Positions 18,396 to 26,699 of a stretch of DNA of 27,820 nt are shown here, piece by piece. The DNA comes from a virus. Its lineage: Duplodnaviria; Caudoviricetes. Every line of letters begins with the position of its first letter. Within the stretch, counting starts at the first letter, position 1. The stretch lies in the IMG/VR virus record IMGVR_UViG_3300032265_000727, positions 1 through 27,820 of that record; one strand, written 5' to 3'. Position numbers and translations under genes: made by a program. The notes below the pieces were generated by a model. That model saw nothing but the letters and a program-made list of their open reading frames with translations, was not told where the DNA came from and did not search any database.

Positions 18396-18898
18396 TATTT
18401 AAATCTTTTTACTAATTCTCTATAATCTCTTGTTAATGCTTTCATTGTTGCATCTGCCAATCCATCACCACTTGTTTCCAATTGTTGTGGAATATTTTGA
18501 GGAATACCAGCTTCTCTAAAATCCATCGTATTCCAATCTTCATCCATTTGCATTGTTGGTTGTATCATATCCAATACACTACCACCTGCTCCTGGCATAC
18601 CTCCCTCTGCTCTATGTGCAGCAGTGAATGGTTGAGTTTGGTTTAATACTTCATTCAACATTGGGTTATTTGTAAATACTTTTTGTGGTTTTTGTGGTTG
18701 TTGAGTAGGTATCTTTTTAATAGGTATTGTGTACTCAGGAACCTCTGTCATTTCTTTTAATGATATTGATGTTTTCTTTTGTGAGTTTAATGTAACGGCA
18801 CCAGATTTAATCAATTTTGTCAATTCTTCTTTGACTTGTTGTTTAACTTCGTTTTTTACAACTTCTTTGATTAATCCGACTAATAATTTCGAATCCAT
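18395..18898 (-). CDS. Hypothetical protein
   Basis: 167-aa ORF; LIKEVVKNEV N-terminal helix, NPMLNEVLNQT, ALTRDY; near-match late motif upstream. Confidence 0.7.
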   Translation of the reverse strand: MDSKLLVGLIKEVVKNEVKQQVKEELTKLIKSGAVTLNSQKKTSISLKEMTEVPEYTIPIKKIPTQQPQKPQKVFTNNPMLNEVLNQTQPFTAAHRAEGGMPGAGGSVLDMIQPTMQMDEDWNTMDFREAGIPQNIPQQLETSGDGLADATMKALTRDYRELVKRFK

Positions 18899-18911
18899 AA
18901 TAATTGTTTTT

Positions 18912-18920
18912 AATAAATAT
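18912..18920 (-). promoter_or_regulatory. Putative late promoter variant ATATTTATT
   Basis: 8/9 match, 13 nt upstream of ATG 18898, intergenic. Confidence 0.5.
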
Positions 18921-18933
18921 TTGATTTTAATAA

Positions 18934-20364
18934 TTATCCAACATTAGGTATAGTTGGGGTTTTAATTTGTATATTAGGTAATGATAAAGATAGTGAGGAT
19001 GCAACATCAGCAGCACTTATTGACGGTAATTCGGATAAATTTGGAAATTCTGGTATTTCTATACTTTTTAAATCAATTTGTGGAAATTTAACAGTTGAAG
19101 GAAAATCAGGTATTTCTGGTCCTTGTTGAACTTGATATGCATTCCAATTAATAAAAGCGGGTGCAGGAGGTGCTGGTGGTGGATATTGTGCCATAACCAT
19201 CATATTACCACTTACACCCATCAAATGCATCTGTGCCATCATTATAAATGGGTCAATCATTACATTTGTTTTTGTACTAAAAGTAAAACTTGGTGGTGTG
19301 AAACTAATAAAAGGTATTTTTGGTATTAAACCTTTTATTTTATCTTCTGCCATTGTTTTAATTTCATCTTCTGTTGGTGTTTTTTTATCTATTTCAATTT
19401 TAATTTCTTCTTTTGTTGGTAGATTTGGTATTTCTATTCCAGGTAATTCTATATCTGGTTTAACACCATTTATAGTGTCTTTAACAAACTTTTTAATTTG
19501 TGGAAGGGTTGGTTTGGGTTTTGGAATAGAATCCATTATAGCAACTACCATTTGTACATACTGATATATTGGTGTCAATACTATATCTTCAATTGGTGGT
19601 ATGATTATATTTTCAATTTCTTTAATGGCTTCTTCTAATAATTTATTCTTTGCTTCTTCTATTATCTTTTTTCTACTTGGCAATTTTGGAAAGTCAAATT
19701 TCAATGCTTTTTTAAATTGACTACCAATTGAAGGTTTTTTCTTTTTAGCTTCTTTTAATTTTTTTATTATTTCTACTGCACCCTTTATTACTGGATGATT
19801 TTTTACATCTGGAGTAACTACTTCTTTATTTATAATTTTTTGAGCAGTCTCATATACAGGAATAGTGATATCAGGTAAGGGTGGAATTGCCGGCAATGTT
19901 ATTGTTTGTTTTTTTAATTCATCTTCCAAAGCTTTTAATGCTTCAACTTCGGCTTTGTGTAGGGCCGCACTTGCAGCCAATGAAATCGGGTCTGGTCCTA
20001 TGTTTTGAATTGTACCTGGAGCAGGTGGTGTCATTTGCCAACCTAATGGTTTTAATAATGGATTTGGTATTGGTGACATTTCTGCTCCTAACCAATATGC
20101 ATCAAAACAAGCTGGATATAATTCAGATAAAACATTATAATTTTCACCAACACTATCCGTTCCTTTTTTAAATGCATCTTTAATCGCATTTGCCATACCC
20201 TGTACATTACCATTTATTACATTTACTCCATACAATAAATCACCACCACTTTTGATTGCTTTATCGTATTCATTTGCATAAAATTCTGCAAAGGCATCTG
20301 GGTCACTTTTAAATTGTCCCGTAACCATTACGGTTAAAACATTCAATTTAAAAATTGCCCACAT
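18934..20364 (-). CDS. Proline-rich hypothetical protein adjacent to the spike gene
   Basis: 476 aa, very P/I/K/E-rich, contains YPPPAPPAPA; starts 1 nt after the spike stop codon. Confidence 0.65.
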   Translation of the reverse strand: MWAIFKLNVLTVMVTGQFKSDPDAFAEFYANEYDKAIKSGGDLLYGVNVINGNVQGMANAIKDAFKKGTDSVGENYNVLSELYPACFDAYWLGAEMSPIPNPLLKPLGWQMTPPAPGTIQNIGPDPISLAASAALHKAEVEALKALEDELKKQTITLPAIPPLPDITIPVYETAQKIINKEVVTPDVKNHPVIKGAVEIIKKLKEAKKKKPSIGSQFKKALKFDFPKLPSRKKIIEEAKNKLLEEAIKEIENIIIPPIEDIVLTPIYQYVQMVVAIMDSIPKPKPTLPQIKKFVKDTINGVKPDIELPGIEIPNLPTKEEIKIEIDKKTPTEDEIKTMAEDKIKGLIPKIPFISFTPPSFTFSTKTNVMIDPFIMMAQMHLMGVSGNMMVMAQYPPPAPPAPAFINWNAYQVQQGPEIPDFPSTVKFPQIDLKSIEIPEFPNLSELPSISAADVASSLSLSLPNIQIKTPTIPNVG

Positions 20365-20365
20365 A

Positions 20366-21589
20366 TTATTTACTTAAAAATGTTCTACTTGATTGTATTT
20401 TACCTAATCTCTTTTTAATTGATGTAAAAACGACAGCATTATGCGGCCCAATACCGGTAGGGCCAACTCCAGTTGCAAATACCATATCATTTAATGCATC
20501 ACACATTTCTTCTAATAACGCAATTAACTCTCCAGCTAAAACTGCTCTTTGAACATCTTCGCCGGCTTGTCCACTTGTTTTTTTAACCGCACCTAACCAA
20601 ATATTACCAACACCATCCGTTGATAAGACTATATTTCTTTTTGTTTGTAAAACTATATTGTTATCGGAATGTTGATGAATATCTGCAGCTGCATCTACAG
20701 TAAATCTTCCGTCTGTAATTATTCCTGTATTACTTTTACCAAAAATAATAAATTCTTTTGCTTTTGCAGATAAGACTATTCTATCCGAATTTGCAAATAA
20801 TTGATTTCCTGTGAAATCAGTTGAATTTGGATATTTTGTAAATGCAATTTTTTGTTTTTTAATAGTTTCTTTAAATGGAACTTTTATTTTGTTTGATGTA
20901 AAGTATACTGAAGTGCCATCTTTGTTTATATCTTCTTTAATTAGAGTTCCAATTGGTGCTGAATCTAATTCTTGATTTTGTTTGTTTCTAATGAATATAC
21001 CAGGAGATGATGATTTATTATCTTCCGTCAAAAAAAATTCCGAAAATCTTATACTATTACCAACTCTACCTGTTATAATTGTATCACCCTCAACTGGTTC
21101 TAAAAATTTAACTTTTTCTTTTTTAATGTAAGTTGATTTATTAGAATCTGATTTTTGTGGTTTTATATTTGGTGTACCATCCTTTGCAGAATTATAATTT
21201 GTATTTTTGTTTGATGTGTTTGGATTGATAACATCTCTATCAGTTGTTCTAATTGAAGTATGTGTATCTTCTCTATAATTTGGATATAGACTTCTAGAAT
21301 ATGGTAACCAATAATAAACATCGTCTATTTTTATTAATAATACAGTTTCTCCTGGGATTGGATAAGTTATATTATTCTTATCAAATGGAAATGCGGTTGA
21401 ATCACTTTTAATATTTATTGTTTCGGATTTAAATTTAATAGCACCCAAATATTCCGCATTTGCGGATGATTCTATATAATTTTTATTATCATTATATGTT
21501 GAAACCAATGAACTATTGATATCAATTTTTTTATCTAATGGTAATGATGTATAGGTACTTTCTACCGTAGCTAAAAATGATTCTATCAT
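20366..21589 (-). CDS. Baseplate central spike/hub protein (gp5/gpV-like)
   Basis: OB-fold-type YPIPGETVLL, EGDTIITGRVGNSIRF, beta-helix-like short strands, C-terminal AVLAG...ATGVGPTG; upstream of gp25/gp6. Confidence 0.65.
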   Translation of the reverse strand: MIESFLATVESTYTSLPLDKKIDINSSLVSTYNDNKNYIESSANAEYLGAIKFKSETINIKSDSTAFPFDKNNITYPIPGETVLLIKIDDVYYWLPYSRSLYPNYREDTHTSIRTTDRDVINPNTSNKNTNYNSAKDGTPNIKPQKSDSNKSTYIKKEKVKFLEPVEGDTIITGRVGNSIRFSEFFLTEDNKSSSPGIFIRNKQNQELDSAPIGTLIKEDINKDGTSVYFTSNKIKVPFKETIKKQKIAFTKYPNSTDFTGNQLFANSDRIVLSAKAKEFIIFGKSNTGIITDGRFTVDAAADIHQHSDNNIVLQTKRNIVLSTDGVGNIWLGAVKKTSGQAGEDVQRAVLAGELIALLEEMCDALNDMVFATGVGPTGIGPHNAVVFTSIKKRLGKIQSSRTFLSK

Positions 21590-21993
21590 TATAATTTAGT
21601 TTTAATTTCTTCAATTTCTAATTCAATATCTGTCATTTTTTCTTTTGCTTTTTCTTCTACTGCGTTAATGGTATCTTCCATATCTGCAAGTAGCTGAGCC
21701 TTCTCATTTTCACTTAACCAACCATCTTCACCAATCCCCTTAGCTTCAGCAGCTGCAAGTCTTTGAGCAATCGTTGCAAGTTTAATTAAATGGTCATCAT
21801 TTTTAACAGATACTTCAATTAAATCTTTTATGATTGGTGCAATAACCGTTGCTTCACCAACATTTTTAATTAATTTTCTTAATGATTCAATTAATTCCGA
21901 AATGTTTTTCTTTTTGTTTTGTTGATTTTCGTAAATATCTTTAAATAATGATGATAAGTTTTTACCATCAAATAATTGAAATTCGGTTGCCAT
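21589..21993 (-). CDS. Hypothetical helical protein
   Basis: 134-aa ORF overlapping both neighbours by 1 nt; no family recognised. Confidence 0.7.
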   Translation of the reverse strand: MATEFQLFDGKNLSSLFKDIYENQQNKKKNISELIESLRKLIKNVGEATVIAPIIKDLIEVSVKNDDHLIKLATIAQRLAAAEAKGIGEDGWLSENEKAQLLADMEDTINAVEEKAKEKMTDIELEIEEIKTKL

Positions 21994-22769
21994 TATATTA
22001 TATTGTTCTTTACTATATAATTATAAAGTTCTTGACTTATTAGATTGTATCCCTCTTTATTTGGATGTTGTGCTACTTTCATTGGGTTTGGAATTTTCTT
22101 TTCCCAAACATCTTTACCTTTAAAATTTTTTATTAACCAAGATTCTAATGATTCCTTTTCAAAACCCCAATATTTTGTTTTATCAATCAAATATCTGTTA
22201 TCGTTTATTTTGTTTAAATTTTGAACCATTAAATCAAATGCATCACACATAATATATTTTACACCATATTCATTTAACATATGTTGTAGATAAATTATAT
22301 AATTTTGATTTATAATATTGTAATAATCTTGTGTAAATAAATTTCCTAAAAAGAATTTTTTATATTCTGCTAAAAAATTATTAAATTTTTCATCACCATA
22401 TGTGTAAGATTCTGTAAATTTATGTGGTAATGCTGCTAATTCCATTTGACCCCAACTAATCCATTCTCCTTTTGGTAAAAATGGAACATAATCTCTTAAA
22501 GATGAACTCCACATAATAACAACAAAATCATCTTTATGAATTTTACCATTTCTTAAATCATTTATAACTTCATTAAAAATAACATTATTTGCTTTACCAC
22601 TCCACCCATTATTAACCGGTTCCAATCCTAAATTTTCAGCAAGAGTGTTTACCCAACCATGTTGGTTTCTATATAATTGTAATTGTTTTCTATCTTTAAA
22701 TGATTGTTCTATTGGCCAATCGGTTCCTTCTCCTTCTGTCCAACTATCTCCAAATGCATGTAATTTCAT
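21993..22769 (-). CDS. SGNH/GDSL-like hydrolase or acyltransferase
   Basis: Block I FGDSWTEG, block II NNGWSGKAN, block V QHPNKEGY (lacks the usual Asp of DxxH). Confidence 0.75.
   Translation of the reverse strand: MKLHAFGDSWTEGEGTDWPIEQSFKDRKQLQLYRNQHGWVNTLAENLGLEPVNNGWSGKANNVIFNEVINDLRNGKIHKDDFVVIMWSSSLRDYVPFLPKGEWISWGQMELAALPHKFTESYTYGDEKFNNFLAEYKKFFLGNLFTQDYYNIINQNYIIYLQHMLNEYGVKYIMCDAFDLMVQNLNKINDNRYLIDKTKYWGFEKESLESWLIKNFKGKDVWEKKIPNPMKVAQHPNKEGYNLISQELYNYIVKNNII
22016..22024 (-). promoter_or_regulatory. Possible late promoter variant ATAATTATA
   Basis: 8/9 match inside the 3' end of the SGNH gene, 22 nt upstream of ATG 21993 at the start of the structural block. Confidence 0.35.
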
Positions 22770-24466
22770 TATTTACTAATTAAAAAGTTACCTAATACTA
22801 AATAATCCATATCACAATTGTAAAATGTCCAAATTGCTTTTTGCGGGTCATTTGTCATTGTATGGTCTTTTAAGTTAAATGATGTATTTAATAGAATTGG
22901 TGTTCCTGTTACTTTTTCAAACTCCTTTAATAAATCATAGTAAAGTGGGTTATCTTCTCTTTTAATGGTCTGTATTCTTGCAGAATTGTCAACATGCGTT
23001 ACCGATGGTATGTTTACATTATCTTTAACTTTGACAACTTGATTCATATAAGGAACATCCTCTTCGGATTTAAAATATTTTTGATAATCTTCATGTGTTA
23101 CAGATGGGGCAAATGGTCTAAACATTTCTCTCTTTTTGACAACCTTATTGATTCTATCTCTAATATCTTCTAAGTGTGGATTACCTAATATAGAACGATT
23201 GCCCAATGCTCTCGCACCAAATTCGGTTCTACCTTGAAACCATCCAATAATATTACCATCTTTAATTAAACCTGCAACTTTTTTTATCAATTCATCATTA
23301 TACAAATAGTCTACTTTAGTTTCTTCAGGAAGTTCTGCAATTAAATTAGCTAAATCCGTTGTATCAAATTCTGGTCCCAAATAAGGAGATTGATTATCAC
23401 CACCTTTTACTTTTGGATTACCCAATGTTTGATGATAATGATACAAACATGCACCAATTGAAGAACCAGCATCCGATGGTGCAAATGGAATCCAAACATT
23501 TTTAATAGAAGTATGTTGTTTAATTTTACCATTAGCAGTTCCATTATATGCACAACCACCACTTAATACTAAATTCTCACTATTCCAATTATTTGTTACA
23601 TGATTGATAATATAATAAAATTTACTTTCATACCATTGTTGTAATGCTGCAGCTAAATCTTTATGATGTTGGCAAATTAATTCATCTTTAAAACGTGGAG
23701 GAAATCCAATTAAATCAATTAATTTTTGATTAAACATATCGGTTTCGGATGATTGATATGTAAAATATTTTTGGTCAATTGTAACTATATCTCCTAAATA
23801 TTCCCATCCAGATATTTTATCAAATACTTGCGAATATTTAGAACCATCACCATAAGGTGCCAATCCCATTACTTTATACTCACCCTCATTTGGTTTAAAT
23901 CCTAAATAAGCAGTAAATGCTGAATAAACTAACCCCAAAGAATTTGGAAATTCTATTTTATTAATTGTATGAAATCCAAACTTATCACACATTACTGCAT
24001 GCATTGTATCGAACTCACCAACACCATCAATTGATATTCCTATTGTTTTATCAAATGGTGATGTGTAATATGCAAATGCTAAATGTGATAAATGGTGTTT
24101 TGTAGTAAGAATCGTTCCCTCATATCCAATAGACCACAATAATGCTTCTAAAGCACCTTCGGTCATATCCCACCTTTGTTTAAAGTTTTTCCATTGTTTG
24201 TAATGTTTTAAACCGTTCCATTTACCAACATACTTTTTAACTCTTTTAAATTTTAAATCTGGTTCTTCATACCAACAAACCATATCAACTTCATCAATTG
24301 TAATTTTTGCGTATTTTAAAACCCACTCAATTGCCTTAAACGGAAAAGAACTATCATGCTTTTCACCAGATAGTTTCTCTTCTTCAATTGCTGCTATAAC
24401 TTTACCATCAATTACTAAAGCGGCCGCTGAATCGTGGTAAAATCCTGATAAACCTAATTGTATCAT
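22769..24466 (-). CDS. Carbamoyltransferase, NodU/CmcH/TobZ family
   Basis: HDSAAAL, HHLSH, IDGVGE, EYKVMGLAPYG, LSGGCAYN, SDAG, GWFQGRTEFGARALGNRSIL, REMFRPFAP, THVDNSARIQT, LNTSFN. Confidence 0.96.
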   Translation of the reverse strand: MIQLGLSGFYHDSAAALVIDGKVIAAIEEEKLSGEKHDSSFPFKAIEWVLKYAKITIDEVDMVCWYEEPDLKFKRVKKYVGKWNGLKHYKQWKNFKQRWDMTEGALEALLWSIGYEGTILTTKHHLSHLAFAYYTSPFDKTIGISIDGVGEFDTMHAVMCDKFGFHTINKIEFPNSLGLVYSAFTAYLGFKPNEGEYKVMGLAPYGDGSKYSQVFDKISGWEYLGDIVTIDQKYFTYQSSETDMFNQKLIDLIGFPPRFKDELICQHHKDLAAALQQWYESKFYYIINHVTNNWNSENLVLSGGCAYNGTANGKIKQHTSIKNVWIPFAPSDAGSSIGACLYHYHQTLGNPKVKGGDNQSPYLGPEFDTTDLANLIAELPEETKVDYLYNDELIKKVAGLIKDGNIIGWFQGRTEFGARALGNRSILGNPHLEDIRDRINKVVKKREMFRPFAPSVTHEDYQKYFKSEEDVPYMNQVVKVKDNVNIPSVTHVDNSARIQTIKREDNPLYYDLLKEFEKVTGTPILLNTSFNLKDHTMTNDPQKAIWTFYNCDMDYLVLGNFLISK

Positions 24467-24468
24467 AA

Positions 24469-25161
24469 TTAAATTTTTATATCACCTTGTTTGTCAAATT
24501 CATTATATAATTCCATTTGTCTTTCTTTCATTTTATTGACAACTTTTGTTATATAATGTGTAGGATGTCCTGTCATTTCTCTAATAAGTAGGTATAGTGA
24601 TTTTTTATTAAAATTTTCTATATAATTTGCTCTTCTAAATAATTCCAATACCGAATCGGCAATTTGCATATCTCTTTTCTTTGGAAAATAATTTTCTAAA
24701 TGTTTATCCCAATATTGTAACATTCTAACATTAAATGTTCTATGTTCATCGTTTCTTTCCTCCTCTCTAAAATTATTTTCAGTATCAAATGATTCAGGTA
24801 ATCCTGACATTATATCGGTATCTTTATATCGTTTATAGTTTGCATTATTATTTAAAATAAGATAATTTCTCGCAACAATAGTAAAATAACTAAAAGCTTT
24901 ACCTTTACCATTTTTGTACATGTGAATTTTTTCCACCATAAATGCTACAACTTCTGCCATTACATCTTGTGGGTCATCATCAAAATAACTAAATTTCCAT
25001 TTATTATAAACAATTTCTGCTAGTTTAGAAAATGCAAATGCTATTCTTTCTCTATATAATTTATCTTTAATATATTGGTCGGATGTTAAATTATATTCAA
25101 TAATTGCATCTTCCGTATCTTTTGTAAAGTATTGTCTATTTGGCCCTCTTTTTCTAGGCAT
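24469..25161 (-). CDS. Phage RNA polymerase sigma factor (T4 gp55-like late sigma)
   Basis: QYFT near the N-terminus; region-2-like KIHMYKNGKGKAFSYFTIVARNYLI; C-terminal HTH-like IREMTGHPTHYITKVV. Confidence 0.75.
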   Translation of the reverse strand: MPRKRGPNRQYFTKDTEDAIIEYNLTSDQYIKDKLYRERIAFAFSKLAEIVYNKWKFSYFDDDPQDVMAEVVAFMVEKIHMYKNGKGKAFSYFTIVARNYLILNNNANYKRYKDTDIMSGLPESFDTENNFREEERNDEHRTFNVRMLQYWDKHLENYFPKKRDMQIADSVLELFRRANYIENFNKKSLYLLIREMTGHPTHYITKVVNKMKERQMELYNEFDKQGDIKI

Positions 25162-25163
25162 AA

Positions 25164-25397
25164 TTATTTTTGTTTAAATCTTTCTATTGTTTCTTTTATT
25201 TGATAAAATATAGAACCAACTTCATCATCTTTCTCAAACATTTCTCTTTGGTCAATTTCTCGTAATGCTTCTAATAATGCTTCATTTCTTGATAATTCAT
25301 CATCTATAAAATCTTCATATGCTTCTAATTTAGCTAAAAGATTGAAAATTGCAAATCCCATTACAATTATTAATATTGTTAATAGTGTATATATCAT
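25164..25397 (-). CDS. Small protein with N-terminal membrane anchor
   Basis: Hydrophobic residues 2-21, then an acidic helical tail. Confidence 0.65.
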   Translation of the reverse strand: MIYTLLTILIIVMGFAIFNLLAKLEAYEDFIDDELSRNEALLEALREIDQREMFEKDDEVGSIFYQIKETIERFKQK

Positions 25398-25400
25398 ATA

Positions 25401-26048
25401 TTAAACGATTTCGTATCCTTTTAAAAATAATTTATTTGCATTTTTAAATTTAACCTCTTCTAATTCACCGGTTGGTGATTTCATTACAATTCTTTCATTT
25501 CTACCAAAATCTACTTTTTTAACAACTTGTGTATTATAAACTCTATCTTTAATTGTAAATCCATCTAAATGGTCTATTTCATGCTGAACTACGACGGTCA
25601 TCATAGTTTCTTTTGATATCATTTCATTTGCTTTGTCTGCTTCTGAATTAATTTCAAATGTTAACTCACCCAAATTATCCGTATCAATTACAATTTTACA
25701 AGCTCTAATAGTTCTAATTGGTTTTGTAAGTGTTGATGGTATTGAAAGACATCCTTCCATAAAAAGAAATCCATCTTTTGATTTTTCTTTAATAATTGGA
25801 TTTACTAAAAACAAATCCGTAGTATTTTCACCTTCTCCGAATTTAATCAAACATGCTCTTTTTTTAATACCCAATTGAGTGGCTGAAATTCCTAATCCAG
25901 GATGTTCAATTAATGCTTCGGTTAATTGCATTCTTAACATATCCGCTTCATATTGTTTAAATTCTGTTTTAGGGCATGGGGTTTTTAGATACTCCGTAAA
26001 CTCTTTTGTTGTTAGTCCGTTTGAACCTTTGTCAACTATTAATTTCAT
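25401..26048 (-). CDS. def: Peptide deformylase
   Basis: All three PDF motifs: GLGISATQLG, EGCLS, QHEIDHLDG. Confidence 0.95.
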   Translation of the reverse strand: MKLIVDKGSNGLTTKEFTEYLKTPCPKTEFKQYEADMLRMQLTEALIEHPGLGISATQLGIKKRACLIKFGEGENTTDLFLVNPIIKEKSKDGFLFMEGCLSIPSTLTKPIRTIRACKIVIDTDNLGELTFEINSEADKANEMISKETMMTVVVQHEIDHLDGFTIKDRVYNTQVVKKVDFGRNERIVMKSPTGELEEVKFKNANKLFLKGYEIV

Positions 26049-26051
26049 ATT

Positions 26052-26261
26052 TTATTTTTTTAATCCGTATTTAATCCATTTGTACCATACTCTTTCGTGA
26101 ATGTAGTATTGAATGGGTTTGTAAATCAATTCTGCTACCCCAAATGCAGCACCTACTTTTATTGAACCACTTATTAACCACATTAATAAAAATCCAATTA
26201 AGGTACTTACAATTCGATATGAGATGGTTTTTGCAATGTGTCTCTTACGCTCTACTATCAT
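26052..26261 (-). CDS. DUF2061-like small membrane protein
   Basis: RHIAKTISYRI...YYIHERVW signature flanking two hydrophobic segments. Confidence 0.8.
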   Translation of the reverse strand: MIVERKRHIAKTISYRIVSTLIGFLLMWLISGSIKVGAAFGVAELIYKPIQYYIHERVWYKWIKYGLKK

Positions 26262-26643
26262 CTTCTTTTTTATCTACATTATAAACAATTTCATCTCCAT
26301 TGGAGTCAATGTATTTTTTTCTTATTGCAGTACCACTAATTTTTTCAATTTCTTTTGGTGGTTCGTGATAAATAACATCATAACCTACTCCTCTACCATA
26401 GTTTACCGATTCTATGTCTGGAATAATTGAAATTTGAATTTTATGTGAATTTTCTTTAAAAAATGGAATATCTGCTAATTCCATCATCACTTCTTGTGCA
26501 GATTTAGGATTATTTTCATCCGTAGGTACATTTCTAATTGCTACCCAAATATCTTTACCTTTTTCTAATTGTTGATTAATTAACCATTCATGTCCTTTAT
26601 GCCATGTTTGCCATCTTCCAATAAATAATGCGTATTTTTTCAT
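26245..26643 (-). CDS. HxGH nucleotidyltransferase (cytidylyltransferase-like)
   Basis: FIGRWQTWHKGH, ENP, ISGTAIR. Start moved from the track's 26727 to ATG 26643 because the promoter motif lies at 26663-26695. Confidence 0.8.
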   Translation of the reverse strand: MKKYALFIGRWQTWHKGHEWLINQQLEKGKDIWVAIRNVPTDENNPKSAQEVMMELADIPFFKENSHKIQISIIPDIESVNYGRGVGYDVIYHEPPKEIEKISGTAIRKKYIDSNGDEIVYNVDKKEDDSRA

Positions 26644-26662
26644 ACTAATTTGTTTAATATTT

Positions 26663-26695
26663 ACAATATACAAAATATATTCTAAATTACCAAAT
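26663..26695 (-). promoter_or_regulatory. Putative Bacteroidota sigma-A-type promoter
   Basis: ATTTGGTAATTTAGAATATATTTTGTATATTGT = TTTG-N20-TATATT; shares ATTTGGTAAT, AATAT and TTGTATATT with the copy at 3705-3737. Confidence 0.7.
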
Positions 26696-26699
26696 TTTT

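Noticed and set aside
4588-21589. Baseplate cluster as a bacterial eCIS, tailocin or T6SS
   Set aside because: It is flanked by phage primase, resolvase, SbcCD fusion and a gp55-like sigma; no bacterial housekeeping context.
21589-21993. Terminase small subunit call for the 134-aa helical protein
   Set aside because: Only size and helicity fit; there is no motif support and no large subunit nearby.
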